DNA of 64,000 nucleotides from Oculina patagonica (Eukaryota): NCBI RefSeq assembly GCF_052425735.1, contig NC_135762.1, positions 14,198,001 to 14,262,000 of the forward strand, read 5' to 3'. Shown piece by piece: positions 34,350 to 47,300 of this stretch (position 1 is its first letter; each line of letters starts with the position of its first letter). The notes under the pieces were generated by a model. It saw only the letters and a program-made list of their open reading frames with translations, ran no database searches and was not told where the DNA came from. The position numbers and the translations under genes were made by a program.

Positions 34350-36290
34350 AGTTAAATTAAACAAAGAAGGACACTAACCGCCGCTGGATAATCTATTTGT
34401 ATTTCGTTAATTACAATCTCTCAGCTTAATTGCCCAAAATATTGGGGGAGGCTGAAGAGATTGGAAGTTGTCAATTACGGTGAAACTGAATTGACTGTTC
34501 TTCGGAGATTAATGAGGGATTCTAAAAGGAATGCAGTGCGTAATTTGAACGAGCAATGCCCAAATACAAATATGGCCGCTATATTTTTTCTTGCCCCAGA
34601 AGAAACATTTGTCAGCAGTCAAAGTAAATCATTTTATGGGGTTTTAATTAAGAAAAAGGCTATACTCCTATCTTATGGGAAGTTACAAGGACATTAATTT
34701 ATACTACAAGAAACATGCAAACGAAGCTAGGCATGCAAGGGGTGGCAGGCTTTATACCAAAAATCCTGAATTGAAACTTCTCTGAGTAGCATAATAGATT
34801 ATTTCATTATTTTTCAAGCGTCAGTAAGCATTTTAAGAAAACTTGACCAGACAACAGGAGATAATAGTCTAGTAAACGACCAACAAACATGTCAAATAGA
34901 TAACTCCTCAAACAGGGAGCAGTTCCAGAGAGACAGAAAAAGGAAGTTAGCAGCATTGCAAGTTATCTCAACATAAAGAACACCGAGTTTTTTTTTTTTT
35001 TTATCGTTCTGTTTTTTTTTTTAATTTTTTTAATTTTTTATTTATTTATTTATTTTTATTAGTGTTGATAGTATTTACAAGATTAAGTTACAGTAGACCA
35101 TACAGCGTACATATAACAGAAGCGTTTTACAGGATATTGAGATTAGCTACTTGAGATTATAATTTTATGAACAATGCATATAACTATCATATTTAGTTAC
35201 AATGAAAAAAAAAAAACAAGTTACGACAAAAGAATTTAGTTTTTTTTTTAAAAAAAAAAAAAAAAGAATAATGCACAGAGAAAAAAAAAAAATTACAAGA
35301 GATTTCCGTATGTTTGATTGAACTTATTAAGACTGTTATTTTGTATGGCAATTTCTCTTTGTATATTAAGTTTGTCCATTAAGAGTGCGAGAAAGCTGTT
35401 GAAACATAATTTTTCGTCGTGTAAGCTTTTACAGTATATGGAGTACTTAGCAATAAGAAGCGTGTAGTTTAAAGCGTACATGTGAATCTTGTTGTCAAAA
35501 ATTCCATATAAAATCATAGAGTTTAATAAGGTAATATTTTCTTTAGTTTTGCTGGACCACCAATTTTGAAATAAATTCCAAAAAGCTAAAGTTGAAGGAC
35601 AGTGCAAAAACATGTGATCTAAAGAATGTCTGTCAGTGAGACATTGAGGGCATATGTCATTATCCGATATTTTGGCCTTAAAAAGGCTAACCTTTGTTGG
35701 AAGAATATTATGAATAATCTTGAATTGAAACATTGATATCTTAATGTCATTTTTTATCTGGAAAGGTAATTCATAAACTATGTTTATGTTTGCTGGATTA
35801 AAACCATACCTTAAGATTTTGCCTTCAGCGGTGGGGGGTAAAAAGGCGTTTTTTATCATAACGGAGTAGACGGTTTTGGTAGAGATTTGATTAGTTGTAT
35901 TTTCATTTTCCGGCATTTGCTGGGGATTTCTTTTTATTGCTAATTTCCAATTCGACGGAATGCAATTTATCAATCCAAAATATAAAGTGAAAGGTGTTTC
36001 AAGATGAAATTTTTTGGAGAATTGATTAAAAGAAAGGAAATTACCGTCGTCTTGAAGAAGGTCTTTAATACGTAGAATATTTTTTTCGAACCAGTTTTTA
36101 TAAAAAGGTGTTTTGCCTTCGATTTTTATGTTGCGGTTATTCCAAATTATTTCATTGTGTGGAGATGTAACGTTTTGAAAAGGTTGTTTTGTGCTTTGCC
36201 AATGTTTTAAGACTTCGTGATAGAAACTTGAACACCGAGTTAGTCCATCTGCATTGGCAATGAGTTTAGCTAAGTATTATATGCTGCAAT
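34350..36290 (+). pseudogene. Truncated paralogous copy of the peptide gene's upstream module, leader exon and intron start, disrupted by a LINE; no coding exon found downstream
   Basis: 34350-34550 matches 31365-31565; 34875-34989 matches 31585-31698; after the LINE, 36241-36290 matches 31699-31750. Confidence 0.75.
34990..36229 (-). mobile_element. 5'-truncated L1/Tx1-clade LINE with poly(A) tail and 12-bp TSD
   Basis: TSD gaacaccgagtt at 34978-34989 and 36230-36241; poly(T) on + strand at 34990. ORF2 C-terminus is open (EIIWNNRNIKI...FQFKIIHNILPT...CPQC...HMFLHC), including ORF 35293-35973. Confidence 0.92.
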
Positions 36291-37360
36291 AGAAGCTGCA
36301 TACAAGTATGGTATTTAAACAAAAGTGACACAACTCTCAAATACTAAATTAATACGAATTTATTGACTTCCATCATCTTGATATAACTTTCCCAAGACTT
36401 TTTATGTGCATTGACTTACTATTCATTGTTTGGACTCTCTAGGTCCTTATTTAGCTTTTTATTTTTAAGGCGTAAGTTGCTGCACTCTAACAGAAGCGTC
36501 CTTTTCCTTATCTGTTGTTTGGGCTTTTTTTGTGACAGTAGTTGAGAAGGGTGCCAAAACTATCATTTTGATTTTCCTCACGAGCTGTGTTAACAGGAAA
36601 ATTTTGTGTTTTTGACAACGTCATCATCGAAAATCTTCGAAAACCTTCGGATTGTTTTCGGTAATCTTCGAGAGACCTCAATTGACTTTCGGTAGCCTTT
36701 CTTATTCTTCCCCGAATCACTTCCGTCGCGTTTTGTTTCCTCTACACTTTGATGGCCGGTCTGAAACACGGAGCTCTCAATCGACCTTTATAGTTAAATA
36801 TATTTGAGTTTTGTTGGTCAAAGAACAGAAAAACTTAATCCCCGAGTAGATGATCATGAATCGGTAATAAGGGCTTTACCCAAGCCTGTCATGTAAACCT
36901 GTCTATAACAAAAAAAAAGATAAACCTAAGGAAATAATAGCTAAATTGCAGGCTTGCTGGATGTCTGGTGAAAGGCAGATTTTGCCCATTCAAGAAAGAC
37001 TTTTCTATAAAGTTTACAGTTACAGGTGCCTGCGATTTTTCGCAGCTGTGTTCAGTTGCCTTGAGCCCTCGGATAGCTTAGCTGTGATCACAGGTGAGAG
37101 GGCTTTCCACCACGACCCCCCCCCCCCCCCCCCGTGGCTAGCCAGAACCCTAGAACCCAAAGTGCTTTCGGTATGTTTGGTATGTACAGTTTTGTTCTGA
37201 ACGGCGGTTGGAAAGTTGGAGAAATTAAAAAGAGTCACGTGGCAGGTTTATGCAAAAGCAAGTAAAAGTTCTGCATTATACAGTGGAACTAGAAAATACA
37301 CAAATTTATCCCTCTTATTGGGATATATCATCGGGATAAATTTAACCGCTCGATATTTCT

Positions 37361-39269
37361 TTATGTGCAGTCTTGACAAGGTCTGATTTTCATCTCTGTC
37401 TTTTTCAAGGAGGTTTGAAACCCTCTCCACGCTGCCCAAATGATCCCATCGAATGTAGGCGTGCTCTGTGTTAAATAGTATTTCCCATTAAGATTTGATT
37501 GAAAGGAATCACCATACCACCATGCTCCGTGGTAGATGGTGGCGCAGTTACCAGCGGAACAGTCGCCAGAATTTCTGTCCTCGGTGGAGTATGGGAGCCC
37601 GTTGTGCCACGTCAGGGAGTCACCAGATGTCCCTATCAAAGGAAATTAAGTACAGATAATTACGAGGCCAAGGAGATAGAGGGTTTTAGGGGAGACTCGG
37701 CTGTTTTCGGTTTCAAAATTATGCCACACTAAATGGATGATATTATACCGGATCTCGGTAGTGACATAGTTGCAAATGTTGCAAAAGCTCGTGCTTCCAT
37801 CCTGCCATTAGTACGAATGGAAATTTATTGGTAGCTATTTTCTATATATGACTGTCACGTTAGCAACCTAGGTCAACAAACTGTTGTAGTAGGTTTTGGT
37901 AGCCCGTTAAACTAACTTAAGCTAACTCAAAACAAGAAATTAGGCTAACTAATGCTATTAGCGACTCTAGTTCCTCGCCTGGCGCCAAAGGCTCTGGCGC
38001 CCAGTGTAAAGATGTAGCAGACTGGAGGAGGACGTGAATTTGTTTTTAACTCCCTTAGCAATACAATACAATACAATACAATACAATACAATACAATACA
38101 ATACAATACAATACAATACAATACAATACAATCTTTATTTAACGTGGTCAGCAATACTTAGCTAAACAGCTAGTTTTCAGGTGCGCCACGAAATAAAAAT
38201 AAAAATAAAAAAATAAAAACTTCTTGAAAGTGTAAAAAATTAATTAGGCTATAATAGCGACATTGAAAAACACAGTTTCAGTGCACAGTACTCTCGAAAA
38301 AAATCAAGAATACAAAAGTAAGATCTAATACTTTCGATTGAAGACCCGAACTATTCTTTTTGTTCTCGGGGGTCATCAAAATTTTCTTGGTTTAGTCATA
38401 TCTTCCAACTAGAGGTTTACACTGTATTATGAATTCGAAGGAAAACACATTTGGGGTTGCTATACGTGCGGATGCGGAGTAATCCAAAGTGTAGCAAGGT
38501 CTCAGGACGCCAATGTATAGTGAATGGTATACTTCCAGGTGGAGACGAAGAGCCCCCAAAAGTTTTGATTTGTACTTCCGCTATGGGTAGTATAACATTT
38601 TTCAAATAGGGTCGATGGGTCGTGTAATTTCATCTGCACTTCAGATGCAGGATTTTTTCGTTGAATATAAAGCATTACCCATTAAAAATACACTTCACTA
38701 TACGTTTATATACCTGTGTACTTTCCGATGCCGAGCGCGTAAAAATCTTGCTCATTCAACACTTTGAATTTATCGTACTCGGCATATGCCGACACGTTGT
38801 TAAAATCACATAGATCCACGCGTAGGGTATTCCATTTAAGTGACGACAATCGATGAATTTTGTCAAGACCAAGCCAGAACTCTCCAGATAAGTTTCCAAA
38901 TCCATTTTTATAACTTGTCCAGTTGCGGAAGAAATCGACCATGCCATTGAACCGTTTTTGAAAGACAACCCATCCACCACCTTGCGTGCTCTGATCACAG
39001 AAAACGTCAAATTCTTCTTTGCCATCCGGGTTGATTGAATAAATTCCACTTTGCGTTTTTCCTGCTAGCAACAGTTCGTAACAATCTGTGAAAACTGTAA
39101 TATGTAGGAAAAATGTCAGAAAAAAAATAAAAAAATACAAAAAATAATCAACAGCAACAAATGTTCTTGCCACAAATCGCGGGCGTTTGAATAAAAGCTC
39201 AATTCAAATTGAATGCCCTGACAAACAAAAAAAAAGCGATAAAATACATAAAGGACATTGCATGTCTGT

Positions 39270-39313
<44 letters not shown>

Positions 39314-40039
39314 TGTTATCGTTATTATTATTGTTATAATTTTGGACGTGACTCACAAACACTGAACTGCTGCCAAATTCACGTATTTGAGTACAGAGTA
39401 CATTGCGCTCAGTCTGTACTTACAACCTCGGTCAAGATAATCGAAAATAACACAACATCGTGTGCTCGGAGTCTAGTAATGGCAGTTTCACGACGTCATG
39501 ATCATCGATTCATTAAAAGCTCAGAGATGGAGGTACCTTTCTTTGTCACATTCTGATAACATGGTTCTTTACACGAAGTAACCTGCAAGGATAAATAATG
39601 GATATCGGTACCAAATATCTCATCGATTGTTGACTGTATGGTGACGTCTGCATTTATATACCAAGCAAAAAAATGTAAAAAAAAAAAATATATTACTCAG
39701 TTATCGCATACGTACCTTGATGTTTTCCTTAATGATATGAAAAGTAAAGCCAGGCACATACGTAAGGGAATTTGTATCACACTCGTCATAAGCCCCGCTG
39801 TCATCAATCAGTTCACATACATTGCCTTCATCTTCACCACTTACGCGCCATTTGTAGTTGTAAGAGACGCACTTTTCGCTGCGACTGCAGGCTTCTATAC
39901 AGCCTAACCAGTCCAAGTCGTAGACTCTTTCCGAAATAGGACCCGTGAAAGCGTGATTTCTTATCGTACGAAAACCGAAACAATTTTCTATTTCGAGAAC
40001 TGAAAATAAGAATGAGAAGGAGAGCAATAACGAATTCAT
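37361..40039 (-). CDS. Secreted PAN/apple-domain + fibrinogen-related domain (FReD) protein, 4 coding exons
   Basis: Exons (-): 39716-40039 (MNSLLLSFSFLFSVLEIENCFG..DWLGCIEACSRSEKCVSYNY..CEL; alternatively spliced in at 39999), 39537-39582 (VTSCKEPCYQNVTKK), 38714-39094 (DCYELL..SGIYSI..VFCDQSTQGGGWVVFQKRFNGMVDFFRNWTSYKNGFGNLSGEFWLGLDKIH), 37361-37632 (GTSGDSLTWHNGLPYST..GAWWY..SNLNGKY..GIIWAAWRGFQTSLKKTEMKIRP). Phases are consistent. Confidence 0.93.
38059..38300 (-). mobile_element. 3' end of a CR1/L2-type LINE with (TTGTA)n tail, intronic
   Basis: (AATAC)n at 38060-38131 directly follows AATAAA on the minus strand and is preceded by a short stem-loop (ctagctgtttagctaag). Confidence 0.55.
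39269..39335 (+). repeat. (CAT)n microsatellite, intronic
   Basis: Directly visible. Confidence 0.95.
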
Positions 40040-41047
40040 GGCATACCATTTGCACTAATGTACAATTTGTCTTCCGTAAAGTCTGAATACTGTATATTTG
40101 AAAAGGTCGCGTAATTAGTTTCTTTTCATCTCAGGCTGACAATAATAATAATAATAATAAAAAAAAAACATCAGCTTTTCTGACACTTGGCAGCGTAACT
40201 AATTAATATTCTTTAATGAATAATGTCTCTCGTAAGACACTTGATAATTACGTGAGATTATTTTTCAGTTTCTGATTGGAGTACAAACTTATTGTCATTG
40301 AAAAAGTTCCGGATGCAAAGCATCTCCGTCAATACAATATCCCACCTCCATTACGATCTATAATTGTTTTTATTTTAATTGGGGCTTTGTGTGTAAAATT
40401 GTTTTTATTAACTTATATATGTTAACACTCATTGTTACTAAGCAGAGGATAAAGTTAAGATACATTTTTTTTGTAACGTATCAAGATCATGAATTATTTA
40501 AAATTTAAAACTGTTGTTTTCACCCCTAAATGTCCAATTACTTTGATAATGATTTATATGGAGTGTTTGCTGCGTCGATATGCCAAGTCAAATCCTGAAA
40601 AGTGACGGGCGAACTTAGTCTGTTGACACTTTCTTAAGTAAACACGACAGAACAGCAATTAAAATTTGCTTGAGTTATTTGCATTTAGCCGGGAAGCTTC
40701 ATGAAAAGGATATTTTAAAAAATACTGTTAAATAGTTTTAATTTAATAATTTATTATTTTGATTTTCTACTAAATTGTATTTAGATTTGTCTTTCGTTAA
40801 GTTTTTGTACCCAACTCGGGGATTACTTCGAGATAAACTGCCTAAAATTAAAATAATCATAATTAAAAATATATTAATTGGTAATAAGAATCTTTGACTG
40901 TCGTATCCTATAACAACATGTTCACCCATCGCAGTGGTCAGTTTGTTGCATTATGGTGAAAGTGTTAATTCTGTGTTCTTGCCTTTGTGGTTTCATGGAG
41001 AATAACTCCAAGCTTGAAGTGGCTGCTCTAGATCGTAGTTAGGCTTA

Positions 41048-41202
41048 TGGTGGATTTCCACTGACGCGTAATTTTTTACGTGCGTAAAAAAATTAGAGAC
41101 AATGTATGAACGGCTTGCGTACACGTTTACGCAGGCCGTTCATACATTGTCTCTAATTTTTTTCACGCACGTAAAAATTTACGCGTCGGTGGAAATCCAC
41201 CA
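41048..41202. mobile_element. Hairpin PIF/Harbinger-type MITE, present only in copy A
   Basis: tta|tggtggatttccac ... gtggaaatccacca|tta; empty site at ~54640. Another family member lies at 52920-53088. Confidence 0.88.
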
Positions 41203-42870
41203 TTAGACTTCACTGTTTTGTACGTAGTGAAAATCTGTCATTTCTCCTTCGGATTTTGTTAGACCATATGGATTAAACTTAGAGAGAGAAAATAAATTCT
41301 AAACTCGATGGCTAACTTTTGACTACAGTAAAGCGGGCGTGGTGATACTTCATTTTCCTTTTTCAAATACAACTGAATGAAGAATCGTTAACTCATGAAA
41401 TGCATAAACCATGAACGATGTGACTTAAATGTTTACTGGGAAAAGGGGAAAAATAATCGTCGTCTTTGAGACAATGACCATGACAAATTCAGGTTGCATA
41501 AATCATGCTCTTAAGGCTATTAAAGAAAGACAATAACTTAATTATCAGTAAAAGGAATATAATTAAGCTTACCAAGGTTGTCTACCAAGATTACCACTAG
41601 GTCCGTATCGTTTATGGTTTTTGTCTTTCACGTGGTCAAGGTTTTTTCAATCAGGTGTATACTCTATTTCGGAGTCATTATAGCGCATCACTTGATTTTG
41701 CACTTGATCAGGTCTTGCGTCTTAAGACCGCGGCAAGTTTATGTAAGGGTGGCGTCGACCAAAATGATGTGATAAAATTCGAAAAACAGAATGCGTCTTT
41801 GTCCGTTGTTGATTAGGTATGAGAAAAAACTTAATTCCACTTACGGAAGACAGTGAGATTTTTCCCTCCAACCCTCTGTTGCGCCTCCGACAAGACTGAG
41901 AGTGAAATGAACAGGTGACGATAATAAACCAATAAGAGCAATGGCCACATGACTCATATTCGCGGGTAGCCGTTGCGTGGTTACCTGTACTGGCTGGCAT
42001 CCACGGGTAATTTTGCTATGTGCACGTGTACTGGTTTCGGCAAAACCGCGGAGAAGTGTCTTAAGCTTGTGGCTACTTATTTCAAACGGTTTATTGCACA
42101 GATGGCAAACATAAAGAAAATCTGCACGATCACTAGAATCGTGGCATACCATGGTGACTCCGAATGCAGATCGACAACAATTCCTGCCCACTCCCTTGGC
42201 GATACAACATTCTTTTTACACACAATTAGAGTTAATTTACATAGTCCAACCTTTTTTATTCTTACACATTCATATTCATGTTTCGTTATTCAGTTTTACC
42301 CGTTGAAGACTGTAGATCTAACAGTCGAAATCTCGTGTTTTTTAAAAGTTTTTAGCCAAAGATCGTTCGTTAATTTTTATAAAAAAAAATCGTCAACTGG
42401 TAGAGTTTGTTTTGAGGAAGCAAATATTCCTTAGCAGGAACTGGAAATTAGTATGTTGCAACCAACAAGGGGAATTGTCATTTTGCATAACAAACAGAAC
42501 ATGAGGCAATTTCTTTAATCTCCTCCAATGATGTCACTTTTAAAAGCACATTATGATTTCTATATCTAAGCAGGCCTTTCGAGGCGGAAATGTCTGGCGT
42601 GAAAGCTGGATATAAGTAAGCTGTGCTTCAGCAGTATCCTTCCTCTTTTTAATAACTGTCTCTAGCTGGGAGGGAATACTTTCTATTGTTTTTTTTTTTT
42701 TCAAGTTTTTCCAAAACAGTCGTTTCTTAGTAATAATCGTTTTGGCCGACGTGGTAATCGGCTCAATGGTACACTTTTGTAGTGTTAACGGTTGGCTGAC
42801 ACTTTCTTTTGTTCTTACAGGATATTGGCTCGTAACAACGGAGTTCCTTTTTTAACACATTGGCCTCTTT

Positions 42871-43167
42871 AGGCCTAATCGCCTAAAGTCGCCCAAAGTC
42901 GCATAAAGTCGCCCAAAGTCGCTTTAAATAGTATAGATATTTTCTGTAACAATGCTTTATGGTGTACCATGATGATTCCCATGTACATGTATACCACAAC
43001 TGTACTTAGGTCGGTCACCTAAAATTGCCTAAAGTCGCTCAAAATCGCCCAAAGTCGCCTTAAATCGCCCAAAATCGCCTGTAATTTTGGACAAAATATG
43101 CTAAAATCGCCTAAAGTCGCCTTAAGTCGCCAAAAGTTACGGCGACTTTGTGTTCCAGAGTAGGCCT
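42871..43167. mobile_element. Non-autonomous element with AGGCCTA termini, 6-bp TSD and internal 10-bp (cgccYaaagt) arrays; copy A only
   Basis: ctcttt|aggccta ... taggcct|ctcttt; single ctcttt empty site at ~56775. Confidence 0.8.
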
Positions 43168-43545
43168 CTCTTTTGAGAGTTTCCACTTGTTTGTCTCGTG
43201 CTGATCAATCATTGTATTGAACAGTGAATTAACATGGCATGGTATCGTTCTGTAACATAATTGACCGTCTAAACTCGAAACATTCTTGATTTATTCTTTT
43301 TACTTATTCATCAGGACAGCATACCACGCATAGTGGATCCTTATTTTGTGGTACTTTACTTTTTTATGGAGAAATTTGATTATGATCACGACTGTTTAAA
43401 TATCTTCAAACTTTCTTAGAACTGTATGTTTATTTAGACGAGAGGTGGACATTCTTTTCACCTAGGGTATCTCTCAATAACAAACAGCGGACTACTATCT
43501 CGGAAAGCGTTTTAAATACTTCTTGAGACTATGACAACAAGCTTA

Positions 43546-44326
43546 ACAGGAGTACCCAACGAGAAAATTTTCAAAATCGATTGGTCGTTGCCGGAAACGA
43601 TACTGGACACCCAATAAGTTATTAACGGTTTAATTACCACCGGGGATATCCGCTCTCAGTGCCAGCTAGCAGTAGATACATATTCGAGTGCCAGCCAGGA
43701 CATATTTTTTCCCAGCAGAGAACATCGAAGCAGGTTCCCAGCGAAATGCCGCCGACAACAATTCCCGCAGAGCACATGCAGCAGGCTGAATCCCATCCAG
43801 CAGAATTGAAAGTTTCCCACGCCAAGACGACCAGAACTTACAACCTACGAAGACACAGACTCTCAGTGAGGAGGAGATCCTGATCCTGACTGTCGCTGAA
43901 CGGGGCCACAGTGCCCGACGCTCGCGACTCATTGTGCTTTGAGGATCTGAAAAGGCGCTGGGCCACTGACACAGAAACACGAACAAAAAAGAGACAACAG
44001 ACTTGGGAGGAGGTGCAGATCACACGAGGAGGCACGACAAGAGCGGCCAGTCGAATGATTCCCGCCAAAAGCCCCAAAGCGCCCTCGCTCCTGCCGTGAA
44101 TCGAGGGGCCGGATCACCGGCGGCCACAGAAAGTCCACGAAGCGCCAAAATGGAGGCCACGAAATGAGACGGCTGGGACAACAGAGACCACTGAACCGAG
44201 GAAACGCCGACGGAGAGGAAGAGAAAGTGATTTAAAATCTGTAACGGATGCGAAACCCGGAAAACAGGGACGAAACGCAGGAGCCCACGGGGCCACCCGC
44301 CGAAGTTTGAATGTAAACGCTGGCTT
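43546..44326. mobile_element. GC-rich ~0.8-kb insertion of unknown type, copy A only
   Basis: Absent from copy B (57160-57195); markedly higher GC than flanks; TTAA near both ends but no TIR recognised. Confidence 0.45.
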
Positions 44327-47300
44327 AAACGCTTTCGTGTTAATTTCCCAATACCATATTTTAAGATTTGACCCTCGTTACAACATTACTGTCAGTTTAT
44401 TCAGTTTACTCAATGTATTGTACTAAGAGTTCTCAGGAAAACACTTTATTCCGGTCTAAGTTTCTCTTTCTGAATCCGGGTGCATTTATAGCTACTTGCA
44501 AGTTGTAAGGATAGTAACCTGACTAGTAAACTGGGAGAAGGGAAAAAGGGGTTCTTACCTGCGATGATAGAGAAACCAGAGTTAATTGCGGAATTTATGT
44601 CCCGCAAACGTAGTTTCCTGTATACTTTGTTACAAGTTGGCCGTTTGGAACTGACTAAGAATGTTAATGTTCAGACGCGATAATTAATTGACAGCTAAAT
44701 TAAAATTGTATGAGTTGCCATTTGTCAGTAGTAAAGAGACGCAGTTTTGTCTTTTTGTCAGTTGCCATAATCCCTTCCTCCTAGGTGACACAGTCCTATT
44801 AGATTAAAATGGCTAGGGTGGTCAAAATAGTTTTACTTGATTGGCGATGCAAATCGATGTCTGCCGGCTAGATGTTCCCTAATCGCTTAAACGTCTTCCC
44901 AGGCCGAATTTTACAGAACTGGTAATAAAGCTTATCTCCACCTGTTTCCTGCAGTTTTCACTTTGTGTTGATCCCTACTTGAAAGGGTTAAAAGGATTGA
45001 CTGTTGCGTATGAAACCAGATTGATCAATACTTAAAGTGACGTCTGGTACGAGAGCATTACTTAAACAAGAGATCAGGCAACAGACAAGCCAAGTAATTT
45101 TTATTCTTTGTTGCGTGGTCCCCTGCATCCAAACTGTTTTAGTTGCATGCGGCATAAAGAAAGACAAAAATCTTACCAGATCCCTTTCTAAATTCTTGAG
45201 AACGGCGAATAGTTATCGCTGTTTGTTTAGCACCTTTGAGGGGGGCTTAACCAGTATTTTGTTTACGGCTACAAATTGGAAGTGAAGGGGTCTAAACTGA
45301 AGTGATTTAACGGTGTTCCAAAATAAAAGACGTCTCGCACGACAGGTACAATGTATAGAACTAAAGAAAGCTTGGTATTTTAAATGCCCGCCTTTCATTT
45401 CAAATGTGAAGCAACCTAGAGACGAGCAACGTTTATTTGGCTTGCACATCTTTATTCCAAAAATGTCATATACTCAATTCCTATATTTCCTTACTAATAC
45501 GTTAAATTATAAGTAGCAAAATACGCCCTTCAGGTGAAGTCACGCTAGGCTATAATACATAACCAACTGAAAAGCTTAAGTGTCTCAAAATCAAATTAAA
45601 CTTTTAAATAACAGCTTATAAACAAACAAAAAACGAACAATAGAGCAGGGCTTGTCAACAGCTGATAGGTTTGAAACAAATTGGCAAAAGCATTTTGCGG
45701 TCGGGTGACAGAAGTCAGGCTGCCGTCCATTTGCACGCAAACGTGGTCTAGAATGGAATCCCACAGGAATCCCCTTTGGTAAGAAAGATAAACGAAACTT
45801 TCGTTCCAATACTAAAGCAGGGGTTTTAACTACGATTTGTGTGGCATGCGGTGACTAGGAGCTGCATTGCTCTTCCGCCCTAAATGTGGTCCTTCGTTGC
45901 GTACCTGGTAACTGGTACCCATTTATACTCTAGGGTGTAGAGAGGCACTGTGAGAGTAAAGTGTCTTGTACAAGTAATACAACTCATGCTCAATGATCCC
46001 AGCTAGGGCTCCAGCTCGGTCCGCTTACTTGATCCAGAGTCCAACGCTAGCTATTCTCCCGAAAGTAGTATCTTTTCAGGATGTAGGTATATATATATAA
46101 AAGGAAAGTGATTTACGAATTAGAATAAAAAAAAGGGTTAGGAAAACTGCGAACTTGTTATTTGAAAGGGCCTTACCAAAATATCTTGAACAGATCAACC
46201 TAACGGTCGCTGTAGGTCTGTGTGAAAGGAGTGCCTTTTTCTAGCGGAGGTAAACGAAATGGTTACCTTTTTGTGAAAGGAGTTTGGACCTTAACTCCAC
46301 CCAGTAAAAAGTTTTTTGAACACCTCCCTCCCATGTACCTATTACATTGCAGTGTCTTTTGATAAAAACGTTATAGCCTAAAGCGAAGGGAAAACGCTTC
46401 CAAAATCAAACAATGCCTGGTGAAATATTAAAACCGTCTAATCACCCTGTTGGAACATGTTGTAGGTTGTTGAACATGCTGGAAATGATGTTGGGCGAAA
46501 GCACCGATTCAACTTCTGAATACCCTGGGGAAAAAGGGAACTCTCTAGATTCTAGTTCGTGCGTAGCTCGAATTTATTTTCACCCAAATTCTTTCTTTCC
46601 TTTTCTAGCTAGCATAACTTCTTAAAAAGTATAACCTGGTATAGGAATGACTTCAACAGTCGTCGTTTCATTCTTTGCTTAATGTTTTCTTTAAAAACTT
46701 GCAATAGTGTTTAAACCTGACATTGAAAATATAGACAGCTTTGTCTAATCTGCGACTTGAAGCTTCAACGTACGTGCACGCGATTAGTTTTAACTTCGTT
46801 AAAATCAGCGGAGGTCCGGTAATAGATCGTAATCGCCTTACGAGACCCTTGTGCCCAGCTCCCTTCGGATGTATTTGGGCTCAGCAGGGCATAAGTAAGT
46901 TAATCTAGTTTGTGCTCAAAGAGAAATCAGAGCGAAACTATCCTATTATCTTCAACTAAATTTATGATTTCTTTTTACCTGATTTGTTCGATTCACTATA
47001 GTTACAGATTGATCTCTGCTGACGTCATAAGGTTAATTAACATCGTGCATACATTTTTAAATTTATCCCGTGAGCAAACATATATTATCACTATAGAGAG
47101 CATATAAAATTTTGGAATTTTGCCTAGAAAAAGCTTACTTAAAACCTGCTTAAGGCGATGCATTGAAATGTGCAATAGTTAAAGCCGTTTCTTAAATCAA
47201 AACTGATCTCGTTCAATAAAGTAACGCGTTACGAGAGGTTGTAGGCAACCCCGTTCAGCTTCCAGCATCAACTCTTCCTATTTCTGTTGCAATAAAAAAA

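Noticed and set aside
35293-35973. Host gene for the 226-aa ORF (also 55093-55440)
   Set aside because: Both are C-termini of LINE ORF2 inside truncated insertions with tails.
41973-42434. 153-aa ORF in duplication copy A
   Set aside because: The paralogous region in copy B has deletions and frameshifts, no domain is recognised, and the opposite strand has multiple stops.
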